Below the pieces are notes generated by a model that made no database searches, was not told the DNA's origin, and saw only the letters and a list, made by a program, of their open reading frames with translations. From contig NC_068989.1 of NCBI RefSeq assembly GCF_001194135.2, positions 23,005,717 through 23,040,155 of the forward strand: a stretch of 34,439 bases of DNA, given 5' to 3'. Below, piece by piece: positions 10,753 to 23,284 of this stretch (its first letter is position 1; each line of letters begins with the position of its first letter). The stretch is from Octopus bimaculoides (taxonomy: Eukaryota). The position numbers were made by a program, and so were the translations under genes.

Positions 10753-11983
10753 CAGGCTGCGTAAGATATTTGAGGACATACTTTTTGGGGGTCATTACTG
10801 CATTTTTTGCTAACTCTGTATAATCTTTGTTTCAGAAAATAATGGCAGACCCTCACCTTACTCAAGAAATGAAGAGGCATGATGTTATTGTGGTTACAAA
10901 GGCTGAGCATAGCGATTTAGAAATATCTCGATCATTAAAAGTTGCCAGATTTTTCGTCTACAAAGTTTGTAAGGAGCTAGAGACTGAAGATGGAAACATA
11001 TCACCAGTATCAAAGCATAAAAAGCATTCTAAACGTTCTGAAATCATCAGAACAACTGAATTTATCCAGCAAGTTCAACACACCATTGATTACAATCCAC
11101 GAAAGTCCATGAGGTCAATTGCAAAAGATCTCCATGTGTCAGAAGGAACAGTCAGAAATGTTGTCCATGAAGACATCTGATATATGATGAAGCAAGGTCA
11201 ATTTGTCAGAAAAAGCAAAAGAAAATCATTACATCAAATCTAAAAGGCTCTTACACAAACTGAAAAATCCATCAGAAGATTTGATTTGGTTTTTCTCAAA
11301 CGAGAAAAACTTCGACCAAGATCAAGAAGTTAACGGAAGACATGTCAGATGGTTATGCGCAGACTCTTCTGAAGTTCCAAGTGTTATTCATACAAAATTC
11401 CCTGCAACTGTCATGGTTTTAGGGATTGTGAGCAATGAAAGACATGCTATGCCCCCTTACTTATTTCCACAAGGCCTATATTGAGGTCCTGGAAATAATT
11501 GTTAAGCGCTGAATAGACAGTGTATGCAATGGAAGGCCATATGTGTTTTAGTAAGACTCTGCTCTATCATGCATGGCTCTAGTAACACAGGAATGGATGG
11601 CCGAAAATTTCCATGATCACACAACCCCTAACCCACTAACATTTGGCCTCTTAATTCCCCAGATTTCAATCCACTGGACTATTACATGTTGAGAGAGAGA
11701 GATCAATGAACACGCCCATAACACCATAGATTCTTAGAAAGCTGCCATAATCGGAGTAATGTCCAAAATGAACCAGGATCACTTGATTCGAGCATGTAGA
11801 TAATTTAGATCTCATATAGAAGCAGTTGTTGGAGCTGAAGGTGGTTTTATTGAATAACATGATAGAAAATAAGGTTTATTTTTACCCGCATAGCATTTTT
11901 TGATAAATAAAGTTATTATCTGTTATTATATATCTGTTTTTTTTATAAACATAAATCTCTCCTCAAATATCTTACGCAGTATG
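10753..11983 (+). mobile_element. Full-length but dead maT (DD37D) transposon, 1231 bp
   Basis: TA on both sides and 24-bp TIRs (CAGGCTGCGTAAGATATTTGAGGA / CATACTGCGTAAGATATTTGAGGA). Transposase relic at 10842-11857; after removing an 8-bp duplication near 11630 the spacing from DSA to NPLD is 37 residues. The first D is mutated (FFSNEK), and there are several stops and frameshifts. Confidence 0.9.
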
Positions 11984-12106
11984 TAAATGTTTATTATTTC
12001 AGAAGTTGAAAGTCTTTTCTGAGTTTTGCCTTTAGCTGGACTGTTCACGACAGACCAACAAAAGGCAAAACTCAAGTGTTTATTAAATGATATATTTTGA
12101 TATAAT

Positions 12107-12151
<45 letters not shown>

Positions 12152-12484
12152 NNNNNNNNNNNNNNNNNNNNNNNNNNNNNNNNNNNNNNNNNNNNNNNNN
12201 NNNNNNNNNNNNNNNNNNNNNNNNNNNNNNNNNNNNNNNNNNNNNNNNNNNNNNNNNNNNNNNNNNNNNNNNNNNNNNNNNNNNNNNNNNNNNNNNNNNN
12301 NNNNNNNNNNNNNNNNNNNNNNNNNNNNNNNNNNNNNNNNNNNNNNNNNNNNNNNNNNNNNNNNNNNNNNNNNNNNNNNNNNNNNNNNNNNNNNNNNNNN
12401 NNNNNNNNNNNNNNNNNNNNNNNNNNNNNNNNNNNNNNNNNNNNNNNNNNNNNNNNNNNNNNNNNNNNNNNNNNATATATATAT

Positions 12485-12635
12485 ATATACGACGGGGTTC
12501 TTTCAGTTTCTGTCTACTAAATCCACTCACAAAGCTTTGGTAGGCTCGAGGGTATTGTGGAAGACAGCTAACCCAAGCTGCCACGCAGTAGACTGAATCC
12601 GGAATTAGTGATTGTAAAGGAAACTTCTTACCACA
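12485..12635 (-). mobile_element. SINE family A head
   Basis: GACGGGGTTCTTTCAGTTTCTGTCTACTAAATCCACTCACAAAGCTTTGG...AAACTTCTTACCACA matches the other family A heads. Confidence 0.8.
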
Positions 12636-14169
12636 GTAATACTGACAATAAACTATATAGTGCTCACTGCAAATCCAATTAAAGAAAGTTCTTGCAAAAT
12701 AAGCATATATTGAGATATTCAGAAAGACACGTTAACACTTCACAGTCAAAGAATATTTGGATATTCAAAGAAAATTATATTAAAAATTATAGACTTGGAT
12801 GGTTCTATAAGAAACTATAAGTATGTACGTGCGTTCTATCTCGGAGGTTTCGTTCTTATTTCAGTTTCGGTCAATATATTGTTGTACATTACCCTGGCTC
12901 CTATTAGTTGCTGTTGTTGTTTAGACTTCATGAGTTCTGAGTAAGCAGATTTATGATAAAACATGATCGCTCTCAAAGTATAACGTACCAGTTTCACTTT
13001 CACAAAAATAATTCTGATTTTCTCCAGGAAAGTTCCCATTGGTAATTTACTTTTAACTTTTGCTGCACCCCAACACGCATGCACCGACCTTCAGCTTTCA
13101 GTTTATCGGGGAGCTTCGGTCAGCTTCTCTTTACCGACCACTACTTGTTATTTTTGCTTGTGATTGCTACTAGAAGTTATTAATCATACATGGGTGGATT
13201 CTTCCTGGAACTGATGAGATCCAAAGATCAAGAGGAAGATCACAAGCAGCACGCCTTCCAGTGGTTATATAAACCGATCCTTAACGCTGCAAGGCTTTTT
13301 TTATTTCCTGCTTGCGTTTAGTAGTTTTAAGATGAGAGTCTGTCTGCGCAATCCGATCCTATTCTTTAGACTTGGCGGTCTGACCACCACAGCAGCTCAG
13401 CGGACTAAGATGGCTCAAGCCTTGTGCCTGTAGTAGCAAAGATTATTATTCATACTGTGTTAGGGCACCTGCTGAGTTTTGAAACATCACTCTCAGATTT
13501 TCCTTACTCAGGACCACGACCTAACGTATCATCTTTTATATGTTTTGCCTTTAGAAATATTAACACCTCCGGTATATGGCTCAACCAATTAGCACTGGTT
13601 GATTTGTGATGGTTAATACGACGAACTTCAAAGGAAGTGTGCTAGTTTTCCCGCCAGACAGCTTGGTCGAAGGTTCTGGAAAATTTGGCTTACTGATATA
13701 AAAAAATTGGCGAATTCATCTTCAGTTTGGAGCCACTCAACGTTTCATAAGGAACTATGTCTCTCTGTTTTGTGAATTGGTCTCTCGCTCTCTTTCACCT
13801 TTTCTTACTCAACATGCTTTTGTCTTGTTCAATAAAAGTGTCAACCTTGAATTTTAGTGTCGAATCACACTCATTGACTATATGCAGTAGCTTTGACTTT
13901 TCTACTTATTTTGTCTTCAGTAACTAATAATATTCTTTAGCATGTTGTATTACTAAAGATACCTGGTTGTTATGTTCATTGTTTCATGAACGTTAATCTA
14001 TTAAATAATTTATATGTACACATGTAAATATTAACGATGCAGATTAATAAAAAAAAAGATGGAAACTCAAATAAATATTAGGGTAGTCATTCGAGATAAG
14101 ATTTTTGTAGATTACTGAGTACAAAATGACAGTTGTTATCATGTATGTATTTGGTGGGAGTGCACATAT

Positions 14170-14175
14170 ATCTAG

Positions 14176-14264
<89 letters not shown>

Positions 14265-14380
14265 TACAAACGAGTATATATACATTTACACACACAGATA
14301 CACACACATGCACTCAAACACACTCACGCTTATCTATGTATGTAAATAAAATAACTCTGCGTATATACATCTGTATATCA

Positions 14381-14455
<75 letters not shown>

Positions 14456-14700
14456 TATATATATCTGAGTGTATATGTGTGTGTGAATGTGTGTGTGTAT
14501 GTGTCTGTGTTTGTGTGTACGTGCATGTCTATATATCCACGCACATACTCACATAGAAATTTGTCTATTAGTGTGCACGCACGCGTATTTAAGTGCAGAG
14601 AGATACAAAACACAAGAGCCTAATTGTGTGTGTGTGTGTTTATATATATATATATATATATATGCACACACGCGCGCGCACACACACTCTTAGAAATGTG
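14170..14700. repeat. Compound microsatellite cluster (GATA, GA, GACA, GT, TA)
   Basis: Directly visible tandem tracts. Confidence 0.95.
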
Positions 14701-14964
14701 CATAGGTGTGTGTGTATATATATGTGTTACATGTGTTAGGAATTCGATGCAACATTTGGCAAGAGACCAGCAATGAACATTAGTGGCATGAGGTGATATA
14801 ATCCTCTTTCTAATGCTGCTATTAGTCAGATCAAGAATTTCAAAGCATGCTTGATTTGAATAAAAACGGTCGGCTGCACTAGCACAGATCAATATGTCCA
14901 AATGTAAATATATTTTCATAAGACTCACACACATACCGAAATGTTCATACATGTGTATACTTGA

Positions 14965-15245
14965 AAGTGTACACACACACACACACGCACACACACACAT
15001 ATATTTATGTTATGTGTGTATGTGTGTATAATGTGTGTTTGTGTACTCGCGCGCGTATGCGCTTGTGTGTGCGCGCGTGCGTATGCTCATGTGCGCGATC
15101 GTGTGCACGCTCGTGCGCGCGCTCGTGTACGCGCACCTGTAGGCTCGCGCATGTGTGCTCACGTGCGCACGCGTTTCTGTGCGCGCGTGTGTGTTCAGGC
15201 GTGTGTATATGTGTGTGTGAGTGCGTGTGTGCACTCGTGTGTGCA
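14965..15245. repeat. Degenerate alternating purine/pyrimidine tract, CpG-rich
   Basis: A (CA)n then (GT/GC)n mosaic with many GCGC/CGCG runs. Confidence 0.85.
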
Positions 15246-16031
15246 CTCATCCTTCCTTAGTAAAAATATGTTCCCATGATGCTTATCTCGTGAAATGTGA
15301 TAATAATCAGTAAACATATACAATTCTAAGCATGTGCCTCAGACAATGTGTATGGGTGTGTTTGACGAAAGATGTATTATGTAAGAGATAGATAGATNNN
15401 NNNNNNNNNNNNNNNNNNNNNNNNNNNNNNNNNNNNNNNNNNNNNNNNNNNNNNNNNNNNNNNNNNNNNNNNNNNNNNNNNNNNNNNNNNNNNNNNNNNN
15501 NNNNNNNNNNNNNNNNNNNNNNNNNNNNNNNNNNNNNNNNNNNNNNNNNNNNNNNNNNNNNNNNNNNNNNNNNNNNNNNNNNNNNNNNNNNNNNNNNNNN
15601 NNNNNNNNNNNNNNNNNNNNNNNNNNNNNNNNNNNNNNNNNNNNNNNNNNNNNNNNNNNNNNNNNNNNNNNNNNNNNNNNNNNNNNNNNNNNNNNNNNNN
15701 NNNNNNNNNNNNNNNNNNNNNNNNNNNNNNNNNNNNNNNNNNNNNNNNNNNNNNNNNNNNNNNNNNNNNNNNNNNNNNNNNNNNNNNNNNNNNNNNNNNN
15801 NNNNNNNNNNNNNNNNNNNNNNNNNNNNNNNNNNNNNNNNNNNNNNNNNNNNNNNNNNNNNNNNNNNNNNNNNNNNNNNNNNNNNNNNNNNNNNNNNNNN
15901 NNNNNNNNNNNNNNNNNNNNNNNNNNNNNNNNNNNNNNNNNNNNNNNNNNNNNNNNNNNNNNNNNNNNNNNNNNNNNNNNNNNNNNNNNNTGTTACTTTT
16001 GCTAAATATTCATAAAAAATATATACATATA

Positions 16032-16420
16032 CAAGCGCAGAAATGGCTGTGTGGTAAGAAGTTTGCTTCCCAACCACATGGCTCCGTGTTCAGTCCCACT
16101 GTGTGGCACCTTGGGCAAGTGTCTTCTACTATAGCCTCGGATCGACCAAAGCCTTGTGAGTGGATTTGGTAGATGGAAACTGAAAGAAGTCCGTCGTATA
16201 GATATGTGTGTGTGTGTGTGTGTGTGTATCAGTGTTTGTCCCTCCTCCCACCATCACTTAACAAATGATGCTGGTGTGTTTATGTTACCGTAGCCTAGCG
16301 CTTCGGCAAAAGAGACCTATAGAATAAGTACTAGGAATATAACCTGGAGTTGATTTGTTCAACTAAAGCCGGTGCTCCAGCATGGCCGCAGTCAAATGAC
16401 TGCAACAAGTAAAAGAATAA
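16032..16420 (+). mobile_element. SINE family A, full length (best-preserved plus-strand copy)
   Basis: Head AAGCGCAGAAATGGCTGTGTGGTAAG...GTTCAGTCCCACTG...CCTTGGGCAAGTG, internal (GT)n, and tail ...GGTGCTCCAGCATGGCCGCAGTCAAATGACTGCAACAAGTAAAAGAATAA. Confidence 0.9.
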
Positions 16421-16429
16421 AATAATAAT

Positions 16430-16464
16430 ATATGTGTGTGTGTATGTTTGTATTCGTATATGTA

Positions 16465-16533
<69 letters not shown>

Positions 16534-16774
16534 GCATGCATGCATACATACATACATACATACATACATACATACATACATGCATGCATGCATGCATACA
16601 TACATGCACACACACGCACACAGCAATAAATGCAAGTACACGTGTGCATGCATACGACTGACCAGATAGATATTGTTTTCATTTTGTTCGTCACATGGAA
16701 AATTTTAGGTAGATAGACAGACAGATAGACAGACAGACAGACAGACGGACGGACAGACAGACAGACAGACAGAC

Positions 16775-16827
<53 letters not shown>
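16430..16827. repeat. Compound microsatellites (TA, TGCA, TACA, GACA, GATA)
   Basis: Directly visible; ends at a gap. Confidence 0.95.
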
Positions 16828-17099
16828 NNNNNNNNNNNNNNNNNNNNNNNNNNNNNNNNNNNNNNNNNNNNNNNNNNNNNNNNNNNNNNNNNNNNNNNNN
16901 NNNNNNNNNNNNNNNNNNNNNNNNNNNNNNNNNNNNNNNNNNNNNNNNNNNNNNNNNNNNNNNNNNNNNNNNNNNNNNNNNNNNNNNNNNNNNNNNNNNN
17001 NNNNNNNNNNNNNNNNNNNNNATATGTATGTATGTATGTATATATATATATATATATTTATTTACTACTAGGTCGACGGATGGTATTGGACATTACATA

Positions 17100-17538
17100 A
17101 TCAACATTATAACAACGTTAACAACAAAAACAACACCAACAGCAACAATAACAATAACAATAACAATAACAATAACAACAACAAGCGCAACAACAAGAAA
17201 AACAACAATAATAATTATAGGAATAATTACAATAATAGCAACGGTACCCAAATTCTCTTCCATACTAATCTCTACTACGGCAACATTACAACATATGTAT
17301 AAAAACTAAATCGAAGCAACGAAGTAAAAACACGCAAAAACGCCATCACATGACTTTTAGACATTCAGGAATATGTAACAGCGTTTGGGTGTTGTTTTGC
17401 TTTGTAATCTTTGTTGTTGTTGTTGTGGTTGTTGTTGTTGTTGTTGCTGTTGTTGTTGCTTTTGTTGTTGTTTTTTTTTTTAGCAGCATGACCCAGACAA
17501 TTCTTATGCCATGTCAATTTCTATACATTCCAGTGACA

Positions 17539-17633
<95 letters not shown>

Positions 17634-17917
17634 CAAAAACAAAAATACATGCATTCTACTATACTATATCGTTCGTTCCACCCTACCCAAAACAAAAACA
17701 AAAAATAAAAAACATATACATTCAGCCGCCGCCATAAGATTTGTAGCGCAAGAAAATTTTCAAAATAAATATATCAATAAATAAATAAATAAATAAATAA
17801 ATTAAATAAATAAATGAATATTTAGTGATGGTCATCTTTGAAAGTACTCACTTACTTTACTCCTAAATGGGTGCAGAAACCGCAGGGGAAATTGATCTTC
17901 TGTTCAGCTGTTGTTGC

Positions 17918-17996
<79 letters not shown>

Positions 17997-18015
17997 ATTA
18001 TTATTATTATTATTG
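17100..18015. repeat. Trinucleotide microsatellite cluster (ACA/ATA, GTT, TAA-TGA, TAAA, TAT-TGT-TAT)
   Basis: Directly visible; it produces the poly-T/I/V/M/C ORFs in the track. Confidence 0.95.
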
Positions 18016-18299
18016 CATGGAGGTCAGTGGTGAAAGAAATCCAAGCGGTCGCCGTTATAGTCAGCTGTTTACAAATGATGCGGCGTTGAGAAGAAGAGTC
18101 TCGATCGAGGATTTCTTCTGTTGAATGTAGAAACAGATTGATTTGTACGGATGTTTTAACTTGACTTGCTGCATGGCTGCAGTAAACTCTACAATATGCA
18201 GTAACTGGCGAAGTTACAGGTTGCTGGATGGAGAATGATGCGAGCAATACAAGTTCGAGTCCTTGCTCAGATACTATCGCCTGGAATAATCATTTTTTT

Positions 18300-18520
18300 T
18301 AACTTTCACTTCCTTCAAGTCATTAGGCTACGGTCATGCTGGGGCACTGCCTTGAAGGATTTAGTCGAACAAATCGACTTCTACACCTACTTCTTTTTTA
18401 CTTTGCTTAAGCCTGTTGTTTTATCGGAACTCTTTTCTCGAACTGCTAGGTTATGGAGACATAAACAACCTACTACCGATTCCCAAGTGGTGGCGGGGAA
18501 CAAACACAATCAGAGAGGTA
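18300..18520 (-). mobile_element. SINE family A, 3' half
   Basis: CGGTCATGCTGGGGCACTGCC...TTTAGTCGAACAAATCGAC...CGAACTGCTAGGTTATGGAGACATAAACA matches the other tails. Confidence 0.8.
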
Positions 18521-19401
18521 CACACACACACAAACATACACAAACACACACACACACACACACATGTATCTTGTTATCTATTTATANNNNNNNNNNNNNN
18601 NNNNNNNNNNNNNNNNNNNNNNNNNNNNNNNNNNNNNNNNNNNNNNNNNNNNNNNNNNNNNNNNNNNNNNNNNNNNNNNNNNNNNNNNNNNNNNNNNNNN
18701 NNNNNNNNNNNNNNNNNNNNNNNNNNNNNNNNNNNNNNNNNNNNNNNNNNNNNNNNNNNNNNNNNNNNNNNNNNNNNNNNNNNNNNNNNNNNNNNNNNNN
18801 NNNNNNNNNNNNNNNNNNNNNNNNNNNNNNNNNNNNNNNNNNNNNNNNNNNNNNNNNNNNNNNNNNNNNNNNNNNNNNNNNNNNNNNNNNNNNNNNNNNT
18901 CTTTCTTTCTCTCTTTTATTCATATATTTTCACTTTTGCGATCTTTACTAGGCTGCATTTAAATCTTTTAAAGTTGATAGACTAATTTTTGCTGCAGTGT
19001 GAAGAATAAATATTTTGTGATAAAGAATAAATAAACGTTTTTATCGATAGATTTACGCTAGAAATATTACAAAAAGAAATATTTTAGAGTGCGGTGGCTT
19101 AGTATAACAGATACATAACTAAACTGAAAACAATCTCCAATGATTACACACAAACACACGCACACACACACACGCTTAAACATAGATGTTTAAGCGTGTG
19201 TGTTTGTGTGTGATTGTGTGTACCTGTGTGTCTGTGTGTGTCTGTGTGTCTGTGTGTCTGTGTCTGTGTAGGTTTGGTAGAACAAGCAGGATAAATAAAA
19301 CTCAAGTATAAATTATTTTGTCTTCTCTTATAGGTAGATGTTACAATGAGACTTGAAGACGAGAGTTTCGAGTATGGCGTTCATCAAACTTTATCATTTG
19401 A

Positions 19402-19475
<74 letters not shown>

Positions 19476-20519
19476 NNNNNNNNNNNNNNNNNNNNNNNNN
19501 NNNNNNNNNNNNNNNNNNNNNNNNNNNNNNNNNNNNNNNNNNNNNNNNNNNNNNNNNNNNNNNNNNNNNNNNNNNNNNNNNNNNNNNNNNNNNNNNNNNN
19601 NNNNNNNNNNNNNNNNNNNNNNNNNNNNNNNNNNNNNNNNNNNNNNNNNNNNNNNNNNNNNNNNNNNNNNNNNNNNNNNNNNNNNNNNNNNNNNNNNNNN
19701 NNNNNNNNNNNNNNNNNNNNNNNNNNNNNNNNNNNNNNNNNNNNNNNNNNNNNNNNNNNNNNNNNNNNNNNNNNNNNNNNNNNNNNNNNNNNNNNNNNNN
19801 NNNNNNNNNNNNNNNNNNNNNNNNNNNNNNNNNNNNNNNNNNNNNNNNNNNNNNNNNNNNNNNNNNNNNNNNNNNNNNNNNNNNNNNNNNNNNNNNNNNN
19901 NNNNNNNNNNNNNNNNNNNNNNNNNNNNNNNNNNNNNNNNNNNNNNNNNNNNNNNNNNNNNNNNNNNNNNNNNNNNNNNNNNNNNNNNNNNNNNNNNNNN
20001 NNNNNNNNNNNNNNNNNNNNNNNNNNNNNNNNNNNNNNNNNNNNNNNNNNNNNNNNNNNNNNNNNNNNNNNNNNNNNNNNNNNNNNNNNNNNNNNNNNNN
20101 NNNNNNNNNNNNNNNNNNNNNNNNNNNNNNNNNNNNNNNNNNNNNNNNNNNNNNNNNNNNNNNNNNNNNNNNNNNNNNNNNNNNNNNNNNNNNNNNNNNN
20201 NNNNNNNNNNNNNNNNNNNNNNNNNNNNNNNNNNNNNNNNNNNNNNNNNNNNNNNNNNNNNNNNNNNNNNNNNNNNNNNNNNNNNNNNNNNNNNNNNNNN
20301 NNNNNNNNNNNNNNNNNNNNNNNNNNNNNNNNNNNNNNNNNNNNNNNNNNNNNNNNNNNNNNNNNNNNNNNNNNNNNNNNNNNNNNNNNNNNNNNNNNNT
20401 ATATATACATACATGCACGCACACACATACATACATACATACATACATACATACATGTATGTTGGTAAGAAAACTGACCCTATCTAGTAATTCTTCCTGT
20501 TCTTTATTGTGGGCAACTA

Positions 20520-20985
20520 TTATTTTCTAAGCAGAAGCATTGCGTCATTATTGAATTCTTAACGAAAGAGGGGTGCAGGCGTCTGACATCCATAAAAAAG
20601 CAACAAGTTGCTGATGAGCTTGATGCCGTTGACACATGAGCAATGTGCACAGAACATAAAGTTTTGAAGAAGGGAAAACCAGCAGCAGTCAAGACAAGCC
20701 ACACCATGGGAGACTCAACTGCGCGCATTGACACGAATCGTCAACGGCTGGATGAACTTATTTGCACAGACAGATGAGTCATAATCCATTAGCTTGTTAC
20801 AGAACTGGACCGTGGTTTACAATGCATTACAGATGAAGGCGAAAATCTTTGGAAATTGGAAAATATATGCAAAGTGAGTATCACAGTAATTGATCCATGG
20901 CTTGAAGGAGACAGAGGCGGAAGTCTGCTCTGATCTGATCTGCTGAAAGCGTTTGAAACCAATGAAGACACATATTGAGAGGCTT
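20520..20985 (+). pseudogene. mariner-like transposase N-terminal fragment, degraded
   Basis: Across frameshifts: KQKHCVIIEFLTKEG, FEEGKTSSQDKPHHGR, NRQRLDELICTDR, WKICK..SQ and EVCSDLL. This is the mariner HTH region up to just before the catalytic domain. No TIR identified. Confidence 0.7.
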
Positions 20986-20996
20986 TTTTTTTTTGT

Positions 20997-21191
20997 CTAT
21001 ACATACATATATACATACATATACATACATATATATTCATATACATACATGAATATATATATGTATGTATGAGTGTGTATGTGTGTACATACGTATAGAT
21101 AGATAAATAGCGACATACATACATATATACATACATACATACATATATACATACATACATGCATGCATACATACATACATACATACATACA

Positions 21192-21222
<31 letters not shown>
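20997..21222. repeat. (TACA)n/(TGTA)n compound microsatellite
   Basis: Directly visible, with strand flips. Confidence 0.95.
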
Positions 21223-21254
21223 GGAGAGATGGAGTGCGTGAGTGCGTGTATGGG

Positions 21255-21540
21255 AGTACATAGACCGGTGTGATTCATGTCAGATTTGACCATGACAACC
21301 TCCTTCTCAAGCGATACATTGTTGAGAGGGAGAATAATAAAAGTGTTTTTGTGAGGTTCCACTGTTTTTGGATCAATCCAAAGCTTTCGATAGGATCGAC
21401 CATCATCAGTACTTAACAGAAGTCCCTCAATGCCTGTTTTCTTCTGAGACTGGATTGTTTCAATGTCCAGTGTCACCAAGTCGCTAGTCAGACTTAATGG
21501 CTAGCAATCGAATCCGTTACAAATCAGTCACTCGGTCTTT
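21255..21540 (+). mobile_element. Non-LTR RT fragment, L1/Tx1-like
   Basis: HDNLLLKRYIVER, LDQSKAFDRIDH, DWIVSM...LVRLNG and ISHSV correspond to early RT subdomains, stopping just before the RQG motif. Confidence 0.75.
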
Positions 21541-21574
21541 CAATAGTACAACTTCTCTCCCTCTCTCTCTTATT

Positions 21575-21837
21575 TTTATTTTTACTTGCTTCAGTCAATG
21601 CGACTATCCTGGGTTACCGCCTTGGCAATTTTTTTAGTCGAATGAATCCACCCTAATACTTTTCGTTTTTTAAAGCCTGGTACTTATTCTATCTTTTGCC
21701 GAACTGCTAATTACGGAGACGTTAACACACCAACACCGGTTATCAAGCAGTAAAGGGAGAACATGTACAAACAGGTAGATAGATAGATAGATAGATAGAT
21801 AGAAAGATACATACATACATACATACATACATACATG

Positions 21838-21868
<31 letters not shown>

Positions 21869-22110
21869 GCATGCATGCATACATATATGCATGCATGCAT
21901 GCATACATACATACATACATACATACATGCATACATACATACACACACACACATATACGACGGGCTTCTTTCAGTTTCCGTCTACCAAATCCACTCACAA
22001 GGCTTTGATCAGTCCTAGGCCATAATAGAATACACTTGCACAAGGTGTCACGCGGTGGGACTGAACTCAGAACTATGTGGTGGAGAATCGAGTTTCTTAG
22101 CACCCAGTCA
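21575..22110 (-). mobile_element. SINE family A, full length, with expanded internal microsatellite
   Basis: Tail at 21575-21760, about 180 bp of (AGAT)/(TACA)/(TGCA) repeats, head at 21955-22110. Confidence 0.85.
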
Positions 22111-22337
22111 CATCATTACTTCTGTACGCTTTAGCTGTTGATCTATTGCTGTAGAAATCAGAAGTTAAAGAAGGACCTCTTGCTTGACTGGGACAACGTC
22201 ACTGTCATGATGTCGAAAACTGCAGAACTCAATGGTTTAATGAAAAAATTGCAAACGGAGGACAACACTTGTATTACGGTACGCTCGTTTACATCTATCA
22301 CGTGATGTCATGACAAAGACGCGCTAACGCACGCACT

Positions 22338-22371
<34 letters not shown>

Positions 22372-22519
22372 TACACACACACAAACAAGTACACACACAC
22401 ACGTATATATGTATGTATGTATGTATGTATGAATATACATATGTGTGTGTATGTATGTGTGTGTGTGTGTGTGTCTGCATCTGTGTCTGTGTCTATGTAT
22501 GTTTGTATGTATGTATATG

Positions 22520-22600
22520 AGGGGCATCTTTCAATTTTTGTCGGCCTGGGACTATAATAGAAGACACTTGCCTAAGGTACTTCACTGTGGTACTCAACAG
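22520..22600 (-). mobile_element. SINE family A head fragment
   Basis: GTCGGCCTGGGACTATAATAGAAGACACTTGCCTAAGG. Confidence 0.7.
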
Positions 22601-23104
22601 AGGTGTACCTAACAGGGGAGCAAGGAGAGCGACCACCCCGCCCCCACACAGCATATTTTTCAAAATTGGAGCCTTTTCAACAATTTCAACTTTTTAATTC
22701 ACTTGTACGATACAAGTCGTATCGCTTTGTTTTTATTTTTTTTAATTTAATTTATTTATTGTTAAGGAAGAACTTTCTGAAGTCATTACTTTATTTGACC
22801 AACCTCCCCGCGTTCTTAAATTGTCTTTTCGATCTCCTGCGATGTATTGGTGACCGCTGACATCTGATGAACCAAAACAAATCCTGACTTCATAACCTCT
22901 TGACATTAGACGATCCCGTGGAGTTTCCTCTTATTCATATCACACCTATTTCAGTAGTTGTAAATTTCATACACAATGACATTGTATACTATAACAAATG
23001 AAATATTTCGTGTAGTATAAGGGAAATGAGTTTAAAACTGTTGGGTGTGTGCTACGGCGCCTTCTTTTTTATATGCTTCCCCCCACTAACTTTAGAACCT
23101 GGTT

Positions 23105-23165
23105 GCGCCTCTTGTACTGAACCCAAAACCATGTGGTTGTGAAGCAAACTTTTAAGCACTTCGTC
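23105..23165 (-). mobile_element. SINE family A head fragment
   Basis: ACTGAACCCAAAACCATGTGGTTGTGAAGCAAACTT matches the head region of 24730-24780. Confidence 0.6.
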
Positions 23166-23284
23166 CGCCGCTCTAATATTTTTTTTACATTCGTGCCGGT
23201 TCTTCTCTCTTTCCATCTCTATTTTTTTATCGACCCCTATTAACTCTGTATTTTGAGAGAAAATAACAAAAACGAAACATAATA

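Noticed and set aside
13195-13245. Hammerhead-ribozyme-like CTGATGA-GATC-CAAA-GATC hairpin
   Set aside because: The required GAAA is AAGA and stem III cannot form. Other CTGATGA sites (~7073, ~8144, ~20612, ~22864) also lack a downstream stem II plus GAAA.
14044-22527. Dozens of ORFs of the type [24 protein letters not shown]
   Set aside because: These are translations of microsatellites, not proteins.
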